Shown in pieces: positions 52,954 through 63,504 of a stretch of 64,000 bases of DNA. The position numbers and the translations under genes were made by a program. Source of the stretch: Longimicrobiales bacterium (GTDB lineage Bacteria; Gemmatimonadota; Gemmatimonadetes; Longimicrobiales; Gaopeijiaceae); NCBI GenBank assembly GCA_965219445.1, contig CBDCNQ010000005.1, positions 480,001-544,000 of the forward strand. Direction: 5' to 3'. The notes under the pieces were generated by a model. That model ran no database searches. It worked only from the letters and a program-made list of their open reading frames with translations, and had not been told where the DNA came from. The stretch's first letter is position 1. Every line of letters begins with the position of its first letter.

Positions 52954-53375
52954 TGGTTTTCGGGGGCAGGACGTTTGTGAAGAGGCGAACGCCAGTTGCT
53001 GGCATCTGATAGGACACACGCCGACTGGTCCGCGCACCGATGGGAAACGCTGATCGTTCTGAGAATCGTCAACATTACATAGCTCAAGCGGCGTGCAAGT
53101 CCAGCCGGCGTTCGAGATCGCGAGTTGCCGCCGCAACTTCGCCTCCCATCATATCGAGAACCAATATCTTAGCAATATAGGGAGATGACCAATGTCGCTG
53201 ATAAGCTCAAGACCTTAGTCGAAAGCCACCACGAACAACGCAAAGACTGTGGGCAAATGGCGAATCGATAGCGCGCGCACCGAGTCCCTTGTGCCCCGAT
53301 GTAATCAAGCCTAAGATCCGGCTTACTACAAGGTAGTACTGAAGGTCGAAGGCCGCTGGGAAGGGAGATCGAAGC

Positions 53376-54509
53376 ATGATCCGTATCGTGGATAGCACGC
53401 TTCGGGAGGGCTGTCAGTCGGCCGCGGGTCGCTTCACCATCGAGCAAAGCCAGGAGATCGCGCGGCTCTTGCGAGCCGCCGGGGTCGACATGATCGAGTG
53501 TGGTCACGCGAGCATCGATGCGGAAGAGCTGCGGAGAATTGCCGCAGTGACAGAAGTCGTCGGGAACGTGCCAGTCCTCTCACACGCGCGTGCCTGTCCC
53601 TTGGATGTTGATCGTGCAGCAGAGAGCGGGGCCTCTTGGGTGGGGATTTTTCTCGGCTGCAACAGCCTCACCCGGAAGGCTCGGCTGCCAGGAAGAAGCC
53701 GAAGAGAACTCCTGAGGATGGCGCGGGAGAGCGTGTCTCGGGCACGCCGCCGTGGTCTTCAAATACGCTTTACTGTGGAAGACGCGAGTCGGACACCTCT
53801 TGACCTGATGCTAGATCAGTTTCGGGTAGCACTTGAGTCCGGGGCGGATCGCCTTTGCATTGCGGATACAATCGGCCTGTTGGAGCCGCCATTGACTAGC
53901 AAAGTTGTTTGCGAGTTCCGCGAGAGGTTCCCGGAGGTCCCCTTGGAAGTGCACATGCACGACGACCGTGGGTTAGCATTGGCGAACGTTCTTGCGGCGG
54001 TAGACGCCGGAGCCACATGGGTTTCCACCTCTGTGAACGGTCTGGGCGAACGTGCGGGCATCACTGATCTCGCAGCCCTTGAGCTTAACCTTCACGTCCG
54101 GGGGGACCGACTGCTCACCTGTGGGGAGTCCCTTCAAGAGCTGAGCCGGCGTGTCGGTGCTTACTCGCGGTCCAGGCCGGATTTCCGCCGGCCGGTAGTT
54201 GGTCGGGATGCGTTCACACACGCCAGTCGCCTTCATCGGCTTGCAATGCAACGGGACACTTCAGCATACGAGCTGGTGGACCCCGCGATCGTGGGCAGGT
54301 CTCGCATAATTGAGCTGCCGGAGTCTCGTTCGGAGGAGGCAGTGACGGCGCGGCCTTCAACCAACGGCACGTCTCGGTCGGTGAGTTCGCCACCGCGGGA
54401 ACAGCACTCGAGATTCGGATCGAAGAAGCCTTCTCGCGTAGTCGGAGACGGTGAAGACCGGGCGCGGTCGCCCGGCGATGTGAAGCAAAGGCCGATGCCG
54501 TCCTTTTAA
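53376..54509 (+). CDS. Homocitrate/isopropylmalate-synthase-like DRE-TIM enzyme
   Basis: DSTLREG, EDASR, ADTIG, HMHDDRGLALAN and NGLGERAG; no recognisable LeuA regulatory domain. Confidence 0.9.
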   Translation: MIRIVDSTLREGCQSAAGRFTIEQSQEIARLLRAAGVDMIECGHASIDAEELRRIAAVTEVVGNVPVLSHARACPLDVDRAAESGASWVGIFLGCNSLTRKARLPGRSRRELLRMARESVSRARRRGLQIRFTVEDASRTPLDLMLDQFRVALESGADRLCIADTIGLLEPPLTSKVVCEFRERFPEVPLEVHMHDDRGLALANVLAAVDAGATWVSTSVNGLGERAGITDLAALELNLHVRGDRLLTCGESLQELSRRVGAYSRSRPDFRRPVVGRDAFTHASRLHRLAMQRDTSAYELVDPAIVGRSRIIELPESRSEEAVTARPSTNGTSRSVSSPPREQHSRFGSKKPSRVVGDGEDRARSPGDVKQRPMPSF

Positions 54510-54784
54510 GTACCTACCTGTGGATACGCTCCTCGGCTGGAGCAAGAATGACTTGAGCGACGCTGCTCAGACGAGGGGGTGCCGAGCCTGTTCGAGTGGC
54601 CGGAAGAGTAGAGACGGGCTTTGAGACTCCTGGGGAGGGCGATCCGAGGTGTCGGTGCATGGCTCGGAGTTGGGGATAGATTCTTCCGTTCCCAGATCGG
54701 GGATCCTGCTTTGCTTCGTTTAGTCCAGCCAATGAGTCGGAGTAGACGAACGGTGGGTCAGACGCCTGATGATGGGAAGTTGAG

Positions 54785-57700
54785 GTGACAATGACTACAG
54801 GGAAAGTGATCCGGAACGCAGCGACGCCGGAGACTCTCGAGGTGGAGGTACCGGAGAACGGGATCCCGGCGTCGTGTGAGGTGATCAGGCCAGAGATGCT
54901 GCCGCTTGTGGAGTTGGATCAGACGGAGATCGAGGGGATCGTGGCGGGAGTGGAGGGCGGAGCGAGGAACGTGCAGGACATCTATGCGCTTGCTCCGTTG
55001 CAGGAAGGGATCCTGTTCCACCACCTGATGGCGGGGGAGGGGGATCCCTACCTGCTATCGCACCTGATGGGCTTCGACAGTCGAGAGCGGTTGGAAGCGT
55101 ACGTGGGGGCTTTGCAGGCAGTGATCGACCGACACGACATCTTGCGAACGGGGGTGGTGTGGGAAAGGCTCCGGGAGCCGGTACAGGTGGTGTGGCGCAA
55201 GGCTCGGCTAGTGGTAGAGAAGGTTGAGTTTGACGCGGCCGAGGGTGACGTGGCGGAGCAGCTGTGGGAGTGGTTCGATCCGAGGCAGTACAGGATGGAT
55301 GTGGGTCAAGCGCCGCTGATGCGGGCTTATGTGGCCCACGATGAGGTTCGGGGGCGCTGGCTGCTGCTGCTGCTGCGGCATCACCTCATTAGCGACTACA
55401 CGACGCTGGAGGTGCTGCAGGCGGAGATTGAGGCGCACCTTTTGGGTCGTGCGGACGTGCTACCCGTTCCGCTGCTTTTCCGGAACTATGTGGCTCAGGC
55501 TCGATTGGGCGTGAGTGCAGCGGAGCACGAGGTTTTTTTCGGGAAGCTGTTAGGCGACGTGGAGGAGCCGACGGCACCGTATGGTCTGCTGGACGTGCAG
55601 GGCGATGGGGGGGGGATCGAAGAAGCGCGGCTGAAAGTGGACGGGGCGCTGGCGGGTCGGCTGCGCGAGCGAGCGAGGAAGCTGGGAGTGAGTGCTGCGA
55701 GTCTATGTCATGTGGCGTGGGCGCAGGTACTGGCGCGTGTATCGGGCCGCGAGGACGTTGTATACGGCACGGTGTTGTTTGGTCGCATGCAGGGTGGAGA
55801 GGGATCGGACCGAGTGATGGGTCTGTTCATCAACACGCTACCGGTACGTATCGGAGTGGGTGAGGAGGGAGTGGAGGCGAGTGTGCGGCGTACGCACACG
55901 CTGCTGGCTGATCTGCTGCGTCACGAGCACGCGTCGCTGGCACTGGCGCAGCGGTGCAGTGGAGTAGAGGCACCGACGCCGTTGTTCACGGCGCTACTGA
56001 ATTACCGCCACAGCGGGGGTGGGGGGCGAGCCCGATCAGCGGAGGCACGGCGGGGCATCGAGCGGCTCAGGGGCGAGGAGCGCACGAACTATCCGCTGAC
56101 GCTGTCGGTGGACGATCTGGGCGAGGAGTTCGGGCTGACGGTGCAGGTACGGGCTTCGGTGGGGCCGATGCGGGTGTGTGCGTTGATGCATCGGGCGCTG
56201 GAGGTGCTGGTGGGCGCGCTGGAGAGTGCGCCGGATCGTGCGCTGGGGAGCCTGGACGTGCTCCCGGAGTCTGAGCGCAGACAGGTGGTGGAAGAGTGGA
56301 ACGCGACGGAGGTCGCGTTTCCGAGCGATATGTGCGTGCATGAGTTGTTCGAGACTCAGGTTAAACGCACACCCGACGCTGAAGCGGTGCTGTTTGAGGA
56401 CGAGCGTCTGAGTTATGCGGAGCTGAACGCTCGCGCGAATCAGCTGGCTCACTATCTAATAGAGGGGGGAGTGGGTCCGGACGCTCGGGTGGCGATCTGC
56501 GTAGAGCGCTCGATCGAGCTGGTGGTGGGTCTGTTGGGGATCTTGAAGGCGGGCGGCGCGTATGTGCCGCTCGATCCTGAGTACCCGGTCGAGCGGCTGA
56601 GGTACATGCTCGACGACAGTGCTCCGGTGGTGGTATTGACACAAGGGTCACAGGCGGGGCTCTTTGAGGGGCTGAGCGAGAAGGTACCGGTGCTCGAGCT
56701 CGATGCACCGCAGTGGGCGGACCGACCGGATACGAACCCGGATCGTGAGGGGGTGGGGCTGACGTCGGATAATCTGGCGTACGTGATTTACACGTCGGGC
56801 TCCACTGGTCAGCCCAAGGGGGTCATGGTCGAGCACCGAGAGCTGGTGAACTTCATCGACTGGTATCGGCGAGAATTCCGGATCTCGGAGCGCGATGCGG
56901 TCCTGATTGCAACGTCTTACAGCGCGGCCCTGACACAAAAGAACCTGTTCAGTCCGCTGTTCGCAGGCGGACAGGTGCACCTGGCGAGCGAGCCGTTCGA
57001 TCCGCAGGGTATTCTAGCGCATATCGTGGAATGCCGGATCAGCATGATGAATCTGACGTCGTCCGCGTTCCACTCGCTCATCGACGCGAGTCGGGCCGGT
57101 GAGTTTATCGGGGTGCGGCTCGTGGTCCTGAGTGGAGAGGCGACACGGCCGAGGAAGCTGATGGAGCTTGCGGAGCCCCGGCCGGAGCTCGTGAGCGTGT
57201 ACGGGTCGACTGAGGTTTTGGGGGTGGCTTACCACCGCATGTCGCCGGACCTGGAGACATACCTGGATCGGTCAGTTCTGCTGGGCGACCCGATCAGTAA
57301 CGCTCGGATCTACATCGTGGACGGTCGAGGCGAGCCGGTGCCGGTGGGAGTGGTCGGTGAGCTGTACATCGGGGGTGCGGGAGTGGCGCGTTGCTACCAG
57401 AACCGACCGGAACTGACGGCGGAGCGTTTCATCCCGGACTGGTTCAGCGGCGAAGCGCATGCACGACTGTACCGAACGGGAGACCTGGGTCGGTGGCTAC
57501 CGGACGGTACGATCGAGTTCGTGGGCCGCAACGACGATCAGGTGAAGGTGCGGGGCTATCGGATCGAGTTGGGCGAGATCGAGGCACGGCTGGGTGAGCA
57601 TGCTGCGGTACGTGAGGCTGTGGTGCTGGCTCGTGAGGATGCTCCGGGTGACAAGCGACTGGTGGCATACTACGTGGGTGAGCAGGCTGTGGGAGCGGAG

Positions 57701-59563
57701 GTACTACGCGTGCATCTACTGGAGCGCCTGCCGGAGTACATGGTTCCAGCGGCTTATATGCGGCTGGACGTGTTGCCACTGACGGCGAACGGTAAGGTGG
57801 ACCGGAGGGCGCTACCGGCGCCTGAGGGTGATGCGTATGTGAGGCGCGGCTACGAGGCACCGGTGGGCGAGACGGAGGATGCGTTGGTAGAGCTGTGGCA
57901 GGAGGTGTTGGGAGTTGAGAGAGTGGGTCGTTGGGACAACTTCTTCGAGTTGGGCGGGCACTCGCTGTTGGTGGTGACGCTGCTCGAGCGTATGCGGCGA
58001 CGGCGGCTGCATGTGGAGACGCGTGCGCTGTTCACAATGCCGACGCTGGTGGGGTTCGCGGCTGCGGTGGGTGGCGAGACTCTCGAGGTGGAGGTACCGG
58101 AGAACGGGATCCCGGCGTCGTGTGAGGTAGTCAGGCCGGAGATGCTACCGCTTGTGGAGTTGGATCAGACGGAGATCGAGGGGATTGTCGCGGGAGTGGA
58201 GGGCGGAGCCAGGAACGTGCAGGACATCTATGCGCTTGCTCCGTTGCAGGAAGGGATCCTGTTCCACCACCTGATGGAGGGCGAGGGGGATCCCTACCTG
58301 CTATCGCACCTGATGGGCTTCGACAGTCGAGAGCGGTTGGAAGCGTACGTGGGGGCTTTGCAGGCAGTGATCGACCGACACGATATCTTGCGAACGGGGG
58401 TGGTATGGGAAGGGCTACGGGAGCCAGTACAGGTGGTGTGGCGCAAGGCTCGGCTAGTGGTAGAGGAGGCGGAGTTGGATCCGGCCGAGGGTGACGTGGC
58501 GGAGCAGCTGTGGGAGTGGTTCGATCCGAGGCAGTACAGGATGGATGTGGGTCAGGCGCCGCTGATGCGGGCCTACGTGGCTCACGATGAGGTTCAGGGG
58601 CGCTGGCTGCTGCTGCTGCTGCGGCATCACCTCATTAGCGACCACACGACGCTGGAGGTGTTGCAGGCGGAGATTGAGGCGCACCTATTGGGTCGTGCGG
58701 ACGTGCTACCCGTTCCGCTGCCGTTCCGGAACTACGTGGCACAGGCGCAGCTGGGAGTGAGCGCGGCGGAGCACGAGCGGTTCTTCGGGGAGCTGTTGGG
58801 TGACGTGGAGGAGCCGACGGCACCGTTCGGTCTGCTAGACGTGCAGGGCAATGGGACGGGGATCGAGGAAGCGCGGCTCGAGGTGGAGAGGGCACTGGCG
58901 GGTCGGTTGCCGGCGAGCGCGAGGAAGCTGGGGGTGAGCGTAGCGTGCGTGTGTCATGTGGCGTGGGCGCAGGTCCTCGCGCGTGTGTCGGGTCGTGAGG
59001 ATGTGGTGTTTGGCACGGTGCTGGTCGGTCGGATGCAGGGCGGTGAGGGAGCCGACCGAGTGATGGGTCCGTTCATCAACACACTGCCGATGCGGATCCG
59101 GGTAGGTGAGGAGGGAGTGGCGATGAGCGTGCGACGTACACACACGCTGCTGGCGGACCTGCTGCGTCATGAGCATGCGTCGCTGGCGATGGCTCAGAGA
59201 TGCAGTGGAGTGCAGGCACCTACGCCGTTGTTCTCAGCGCTTCTGAACTTCCGACACCATGGGGGTGAGGGTAGGAAGGCCCACTCTCTGGAGGTGCGGC
59301 AGGCGTGGAAGGGCATCGAGAGGCTCAGAGTCGAGGAGCGTACGAACTATCCGCTGACGCTGTCGGTGGATGATCTGGGTGAGAGCTTCCGACTCACGGC
59401 GAAGGCAGAGGGTTCGGTCGGACCGAAGCGCGTGTGCTTGCTGATGCATCGTGCACTGGAGGTGCTGGTGGAGGCGCTGGAGGAGGCGCCGGAGACGGCG
59501 GTGGGGAGCCTGGACGTGCTCCCGGAGCGAGAGCGCACGCAAGTCGTGGTGGAATGGAGCTAG
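54785..59563 (+). CDS. Second NRPS: dual E/C-A-T-dual E/C, truncated at the 3' end (possibly a pseudogene)
   Basis: FHHLM..EGDPY plus HHLISD twice, YTSGSTGQPKG and GGHSL. Ends at EWS* where the next A domain should begin, at an IS630 junction. Confidence 0.88.
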   Translation: MTMTTGKVIRNAATPETLEVEVPENGIPASCEVIRPEMLPLVELDQTEIEGIVAGVEGGARNVQDIYALAPLQEGILFHHLMAGEGDPYLLSHLMGFDSRERLEAYVGALQAVIDRHDILRTGVVWERLREPVQVVWRKARLVVEKVEFDAAEGDVAEQLWEWFDPRQYRMDVGQAPLMRAYVAHDEVRGRWLLLLLRHHLISDYTTLEVLQAEIEAHLLGRADVLPVPLLFRNYVAQARLGVSAAEHEVFFGKLLGDVEEPTAPYGLLDVQGDGGGIEEARLKVDGALAGRLRERARKLGVSAASLCHVAWAQVLARVSGREDVVYGTVLFGRMQGGEGSDRVMGLFINTLPVRIGVGEEGVEASVRRTHTLLADLLRHEHASLALAQRCSGVEAPTPLFTALLNYRHSGGGGRARSAEARRGIERLRGEERTNYPLTLSVDDLGEEFGLTVQVRASVGPMRVCALMHRALEVLVGALESAPDRALGSLDVLPESERRQVVEEWNATEVAFPSDMCVHELFETQVKRTPDAEAVLFEDERLSYAELNARANQLAHYLIEGGVGPDARVAICVERSIELVVGLLGILKAGGAYVPLDPEYPVERLRYMLDDSAPVVVLTQGSQAGLFEGLSEKVPVLELDAPQWADRPDTNPDREGVGLTSDNLAYVIYTSGSTGQPKGVMVEHRELVNFIDWYRREFRISERDAVLIATSYSAALTQKNLFSPLFAGGQVHLASEPFDPQGILAHIVECRISMMNLTSSAFHSLIDASRAGEFIGVRLVVLSGEATRPRKLMELAEPRPELVSVYGSTEVLGVAYHRMSPDLETYLDRSVLLGDPISNARIYIVDGRGEPVPVGVVGELYIGGAGVARCYQNRPELTAERFIPDWFSGEAHARLYRTGDLGRWLPDGTIEFVGRNDDQVKVRGYRIELGEIEARLGEHAAVREAVVLAREDAPGDKRLVAYYVGEQAVGAEVLRVHLLERLPEYMVPAAYMRLDVLPLTANGKVDRRALPAPEGDAYVRRGYEAPVGETEDALVELWQEVLGVERVGRWDNFFELGGHSLLVVTLLERMRRRRLHVETRALFTMPTLVGFAAAVGGETLEVEVPENGIPASCEVVRPEMLPLVELDQTEIEGIVAGVEGGARNVQDIYALAPLQEGILFHHLMEGEGDPYLLSHLMGFDSRERLEAYVGALQAVIDRHDILRTGVVWEGLREPVQVVWRKARLVVEEAELDPAEGDVAEQLWEWFDPRQYRMDVGQAPLMRAYVAHDEVQGRWLLLLLRHHLISDHTTLEVLQAEIEAHLLGRADVLPVPLPFRNYVAQAQLGVSAAEHERFFGELLGDVEEPTAPFGLLDVQGNGTGIEEARLEVERALAGRLPASARKLGVSVACVCHVAWAQVLARVSGREDVVFGTVLVGRMQGGEGADRVMGPFINTLPMRIRVGEEGVAMSVRRTHTLLADLLRHEHASLAMAQRCSGVQAPTPLFSALLNFRHHGGEGRKAHSLEVRQAWKGIERLRVEERTNYPLTLSVDDLGESFRLTAKAEGSVGPKRVCLLMHRALEVLVEALEEAPETAVGSLDVLPERERTQVVVEWS

Positions 59564-60130
59564 TGTGGTGTCCCAGAGATAGCGGTAGACAATCTCTGGA
59601 TCTTCTGGAGAATGGAGTCAGCGGTGGCGGTCCACATGAAGGGACGGGCTTGGGAGTTATTGGTGTCGGTAAATTATCGGATCCTGTCGTTGGGCTCGCG
59701 GATGGAGGAGAACGATCCGCGCCCGATGGCTTTATGGGTAATGACGTTAAACCAGATCTCGACCTGGTTGATCCAGGAGGAGTAGGTGGGGGTGAAGTGG
59801 ACGTGATAACGGGGCCGAGCAGCGAGCCAGCGCTTGACTTTGACGTGTTTATGGGTGCTGTAATTGTCCACGACGAGGTGGACATCGAGGTCAGGGGGCA
59901 CGTTGGCGTCGACGTGCTTGAGAAAGCTAAAAAACTCCTGATGACGATGCCGTGGCGTGCACTGGGCCGGGATCTGGCCCGTGGCCACGTCGAGGCCGGC
60001 GAAGAGAGTGGTCGTGCCGTGACGGATGTAGCCATGCGTGACGCCTTTGACGCAACGCCTGGGTCTGGCTCTTCTCGTCAACCCACAGCACCATCGCCTT
60101 ATCGGGTGGGTTGACCCGTTGCCCGGTAGA
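59560..60130 (-). mobile_element. IS630-family transposase remnant
   Basis: VDEKSQTQAL, YIRHGTTTLFAGLD, VVDNYSTHK and HFTPTYSSWINQVEIWF; ends ISGTPH* at a CTAG. Confidence 0.9.
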
Positions 60131-60206
60131 GAGGACCCAAGTCAGGAAGGCCCCTTCCTTCCCCTTGAGTCCAGAGGCGTCCCTGAGCCGTCCGAGGTTC
60201 CGACGG

Positions 60207-62057
60207 TTATCCTCCGGATAGCACCCGGGCTGGATCTTGGCTCGCTGCATGCCGTGCCGGGCCCCAAGCGCCCCACACTGAGACGACAGAGAGGAAGGAC
60301 GTCCAGACCAAAACCCACTCCATCGGTGGAGGCGAGATTTCTGGGATCACAAGCTGGAGTCGGCCCAAGAAAACCAGTCCAAAGAAAAGACCGACTAGGG
60401 TACCCCAGGCCAAACGATTGAGGGATCGCCGAATTACGAGTGTCCTGATTCTCGCGGGCGCGGCTCCAACAGCCATCCGCAGGCCGATTTCTGCTGCGGA
60501 ACGCTCCATCGACACGCGCATCACCGCTCGCACCGCGGCCACCACAACGAACAGGGCGATCGCCGCCACCGCCAGGAGCGCCTGTCTCAGCCATGAAAGA
60601 GGAGCCCAGGACATCCTCCGGACGGTGGTAACCGTCCTCGGTGGGCCCGCAGCCATCGTGGACGGTATCAGAGCAGCCAGGCGTTCAAGGTCCGCTGCCG
60701 AGGAAGAACTCGGCCGGACGATCAACGTGGCTCGGGCCGGAGGCACTTGGAGCGCAGAGAGGTAGAGCGTCGGCCGTTGTGAGGATCGTGCCCCCATCGC
60801 CACGGCCCGGGGCTCCTCCACGACGCCGATGACGTCGAACCAATCTCCACGCGGGCCGCCGATCTGGACGCCCCTCCCGAGGGGCTCGCCCCGCTCGAAG
60901 TACGTGTCCGCCAGGCTCCTGTTGACGATCGCCACTCGGTCGGAGCCCAAGACATCGGTAAACGTAAACTCGCGACCGCTGACGATTTCATAGCCGATCA
61001 ACCCGAAGAAGCCTGGCCCCACTGCGTGATGGTCGGCAGTGGCGATCAGGAAGGGCATAGGCCACCCCCCGATGAAGCATCGACCGCATTGAGTCATCAC
61101 GATGCCGTTGGCTCCCAACCCAAGCAGCGCACCGGGACTCGCGATGCTCTCCGCCTCGATGTCGGGCCTCTCCGCCAACCCCGCGAGGAGTGATTCGTAC
61201 AGCCGGGCACGCGACGGCCCTGGCGTGGTCGCTGCAACCTCCATCGGAATCACAACCGTGTCGTCTCCCAGGACGTCGACTCCAGCGCGCGCCGGACTCG
61301 AACCGACGAGCCCCCCGATCAACACGAGTACCGAAACGGCGACGGCCACCTGGCAGACCACCGCCGCGTCCCGCCCGAACGACTCACCTCGATCTGGTAG
61401 CCCGGAACTCTGCCGAGAAAGGAAAGTAGATAGCCGCCTGTGCCTCCAGATTGCGAGCCCCGGAAGGACCGTTATGGCGATTACGACCCCCGTGGCCGCC
61501 ACCACTGCGCCGAACGTCAACGCCCCGTCGAGCAAAGACCATCCGAGCACCTGGTCCGGCCAGGTCCATCGAATGGCAACGCCCAATGAGAGCACCACGC
61601 CAAGCGCCACCGCACCGGCCCTACGCCCTCGGACCCCGACATCCCGCACAAGGTCGAGCGTAAGACGCCATCGATCGATTCCAAGAGCAGACTGAATGGC
61701 CACGGAGCGCGTCGCCGCAATACGCTCCTCCGCTAGGAGCAGGACACCACAGACCGCGGCTGCGGCCGCAGCCAGAAGAAGCGCTACGGTTAGGAGGCCC
61801 AGCAAACTTGTAAAGGCTAATTCCTGTCCGGCGGAAGCAGGAATAAGGGCCGGTGTCCACTCTCCCGGCCATCCCGGATCCGCCACCGGAGGCACCGTCA
61901 TGAGGGACCCCCGGCCCGGACCCAGCACCATCCCCGCGATCGCGCAGAGCCCGGCGGCCAGGCCTACGAAGGAGGAGACAAGGTACTTGGACGAGCGTTT
62001 CAAGCCGACTCGCCACAGGATCGAGGTCCTGCCACCGAGAACGCAACTAAGGCACAA
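60207..62057 (-). CDS. FtsX/MacB-like ABC permease
   Basis: CQVAVAV, VAIVNRSLA, IGVVEE and EIGLRMAVGA. Start uncertain. Confidence 0.8.
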   Translation of the reverse strand: MCLSCVLGGRTSILWRVGLKRSSKYLVSSFVGLAAGLCAIAGMVLGPGRGSLMTVPPVADPGWPGEWTPALIPASAGQELAFTSLLGLLTVALLLAAAAAAVCGVLLLAEERIAATRSVAIQSALGIDRWRLTLDLVRDVGVRGRRAGAVALGVVLSLGVAIRWTWPDQVLGWSLLDGALTFGAVVAATGVVIAITVLPGLAIWRHRRLSTFLSRQSSGLPDRGESFGRDAAVVCQVAVAVSVLVLIGGLVGSSPARAGVDVLGDDTVVIPMEVAATTPGPSRARLYESLLAGLAERPDIEAESIASPGALLGLGANGIVMTQCGRCFIGGWPMPFLIATADHHAVGPGFFGLIGYEIVSGREFTFTDVLGSDRVAIVNRSLADTYFERGEPLGRGVQIGGPRGDWFDVIGVVEEPRAVAMGARSSQRPTLYLSALQVPPARATLIVRPSSSSAADLERLAALIPSTMAAGPPRTVTTVRRMSWAPLSWLRQALLAVAAIALFVVVAAVRAVMRVSMERSAAEIGLRMAVGAAPARIRTLVIRRSLNRLAWGTLVGLFFGLVFLGRLQLVIPEISPPPMEWVLVWTSFLSVVSVWGAWGPARHAASQDPARVLSGG

Positions 62058-62242
62058 AGCGTCCCAACATACGTTCCCTCGATTTTCCGACTAAGGCATC
62101 GGCGGAGGGTTGCGTTCAGAAGGGAGATGGGATCGGACATTGAGGACAAGATGCGTCTAAGACGTCTGGGGCTGCAAGCGCCCTAACCTCATCATGCCGC
62201 CCACTTCGTGCAGGTAGCCAGTCCCGGACGAGCAAGGACCTA

Positions 62243-63162
62243 CTACGTGCTCTGAAGTGCCACGGCCGGTGGGATGCGCGCGGCCTTCAAGGCGGGGATG
62301 ATGGCGCCAAGCGCCGCCACTGGGAGGAAGATCACCGCCCCTCCGACAAGGGTCAGAGGATCGAAAGGACTGACGCCGTATAGCAAAGAAGTTAGGAGCC
62401 GACCCATCGCTAAAGCCGCTAAGAGTCCGATCGCGACCCCCGCTCCCGCGAGTCGCATCCCTTGCATGAGAATCATCCTGCGCACCTTCGTGGAGTCCGC
62501 ACCCAACGCCAGGCGCACTCCTATCTCCGAGGTTCGCTGGCTCACGATGTAGGAAATAACGCCGTAAATCCCCACCGATCCCAAGAACAACGCGATGATT
62601 GCCGCTAGCACAAGCACAGACATCGTGAAGCTGGTGCGGCTCATCGAATCTGCCACCACTTCCTACATGGATCTGATGTCGCTGAGCCGTACCGATTCGC
62701 CCAGAGACCATCGCTCAGGAGCGCCACCCCGGGACCGTCGGGGACGCCCTCTTCGGCTGTCGGAAAACGGCCACGCTGGGGCAGCGTTCCGACGACTTCG
62801 AAGGCCCCGGCCGTCATCCTGATGACATCGACTTGTAAAGGCTGGCCATCCCCAGTCAGGGGAAATGGTAACCGCCCATTGTACCCGCCGAAACTGTCGA
62901 ACGCGCGGTTGTTGTTCACGAAGTGCCAATAACTGCGATCGGAGAAGGGGAACCCGGGTGTATTAACGGTCGAGGCGGACACCCTTACGAGACGGTCTGC
63001 GTCAGGATACGGAAGGGGGCGGAGCAGGACCCCATCCACGACAGAGAAGATCGCCGTGTTCGCGCCGATTGCTACGGCCAAGGTGAGGACGGCGACAGCC
63101 GTGAAGCCGCGATCTTTCAGGAGGGTGCGAAGCGCCAGCCGAACGTCTTGTAGGATGGACAT
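62243..63162 (-). pseudogene. ADOP permease with a large internal deletion
   Basis: The N-terminus (MSILQDVRLALRTL...) abuts the extreme C-terminus (QRTSEIGVRLALGA...ARIPPAVAL) out of frame near 62660. Confidence 0.85.
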
Positions 63163-63504
63163 AGCAGGCAATATGCGTCTAAGGCGTGTGGCGCGGCAAG
63201 CGGGCGAGGGTTCGGGGGCTGCGAGTCAGGGTCCGAGGTGACGGATGTTCGATATTGGGAATCGAGGTCCCGCGGGTGGGCACCACGGAGGGTTTGAAAG
63301 ACAGAACGACGGGTACTCTAACCACAATAGGGATAGTGGGTTACGTAGATATCCTATTATTGGCATGAACCTTTCCCAAAGAGGGGACGTGAACCTACAG
63401 ACTGATACAGTGACGCGGGGCCGAATCGAAGCGTGCGCTATGAAACATGTGAGCGTTCGACGGAGATCGAGGGTGACGCGAATGCTGGAATGGGGGAAGA
63501 GCAA

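Noticed and set aside
25946..54509. Phosphonate pathway (suggested by the phosphomutase-like and FrbC-like synthase genes)
   Set aside because: No PEP mutase (EDK-x5-NS motif) is visible in this window; it cannot be excluded elsewhere in the genome.
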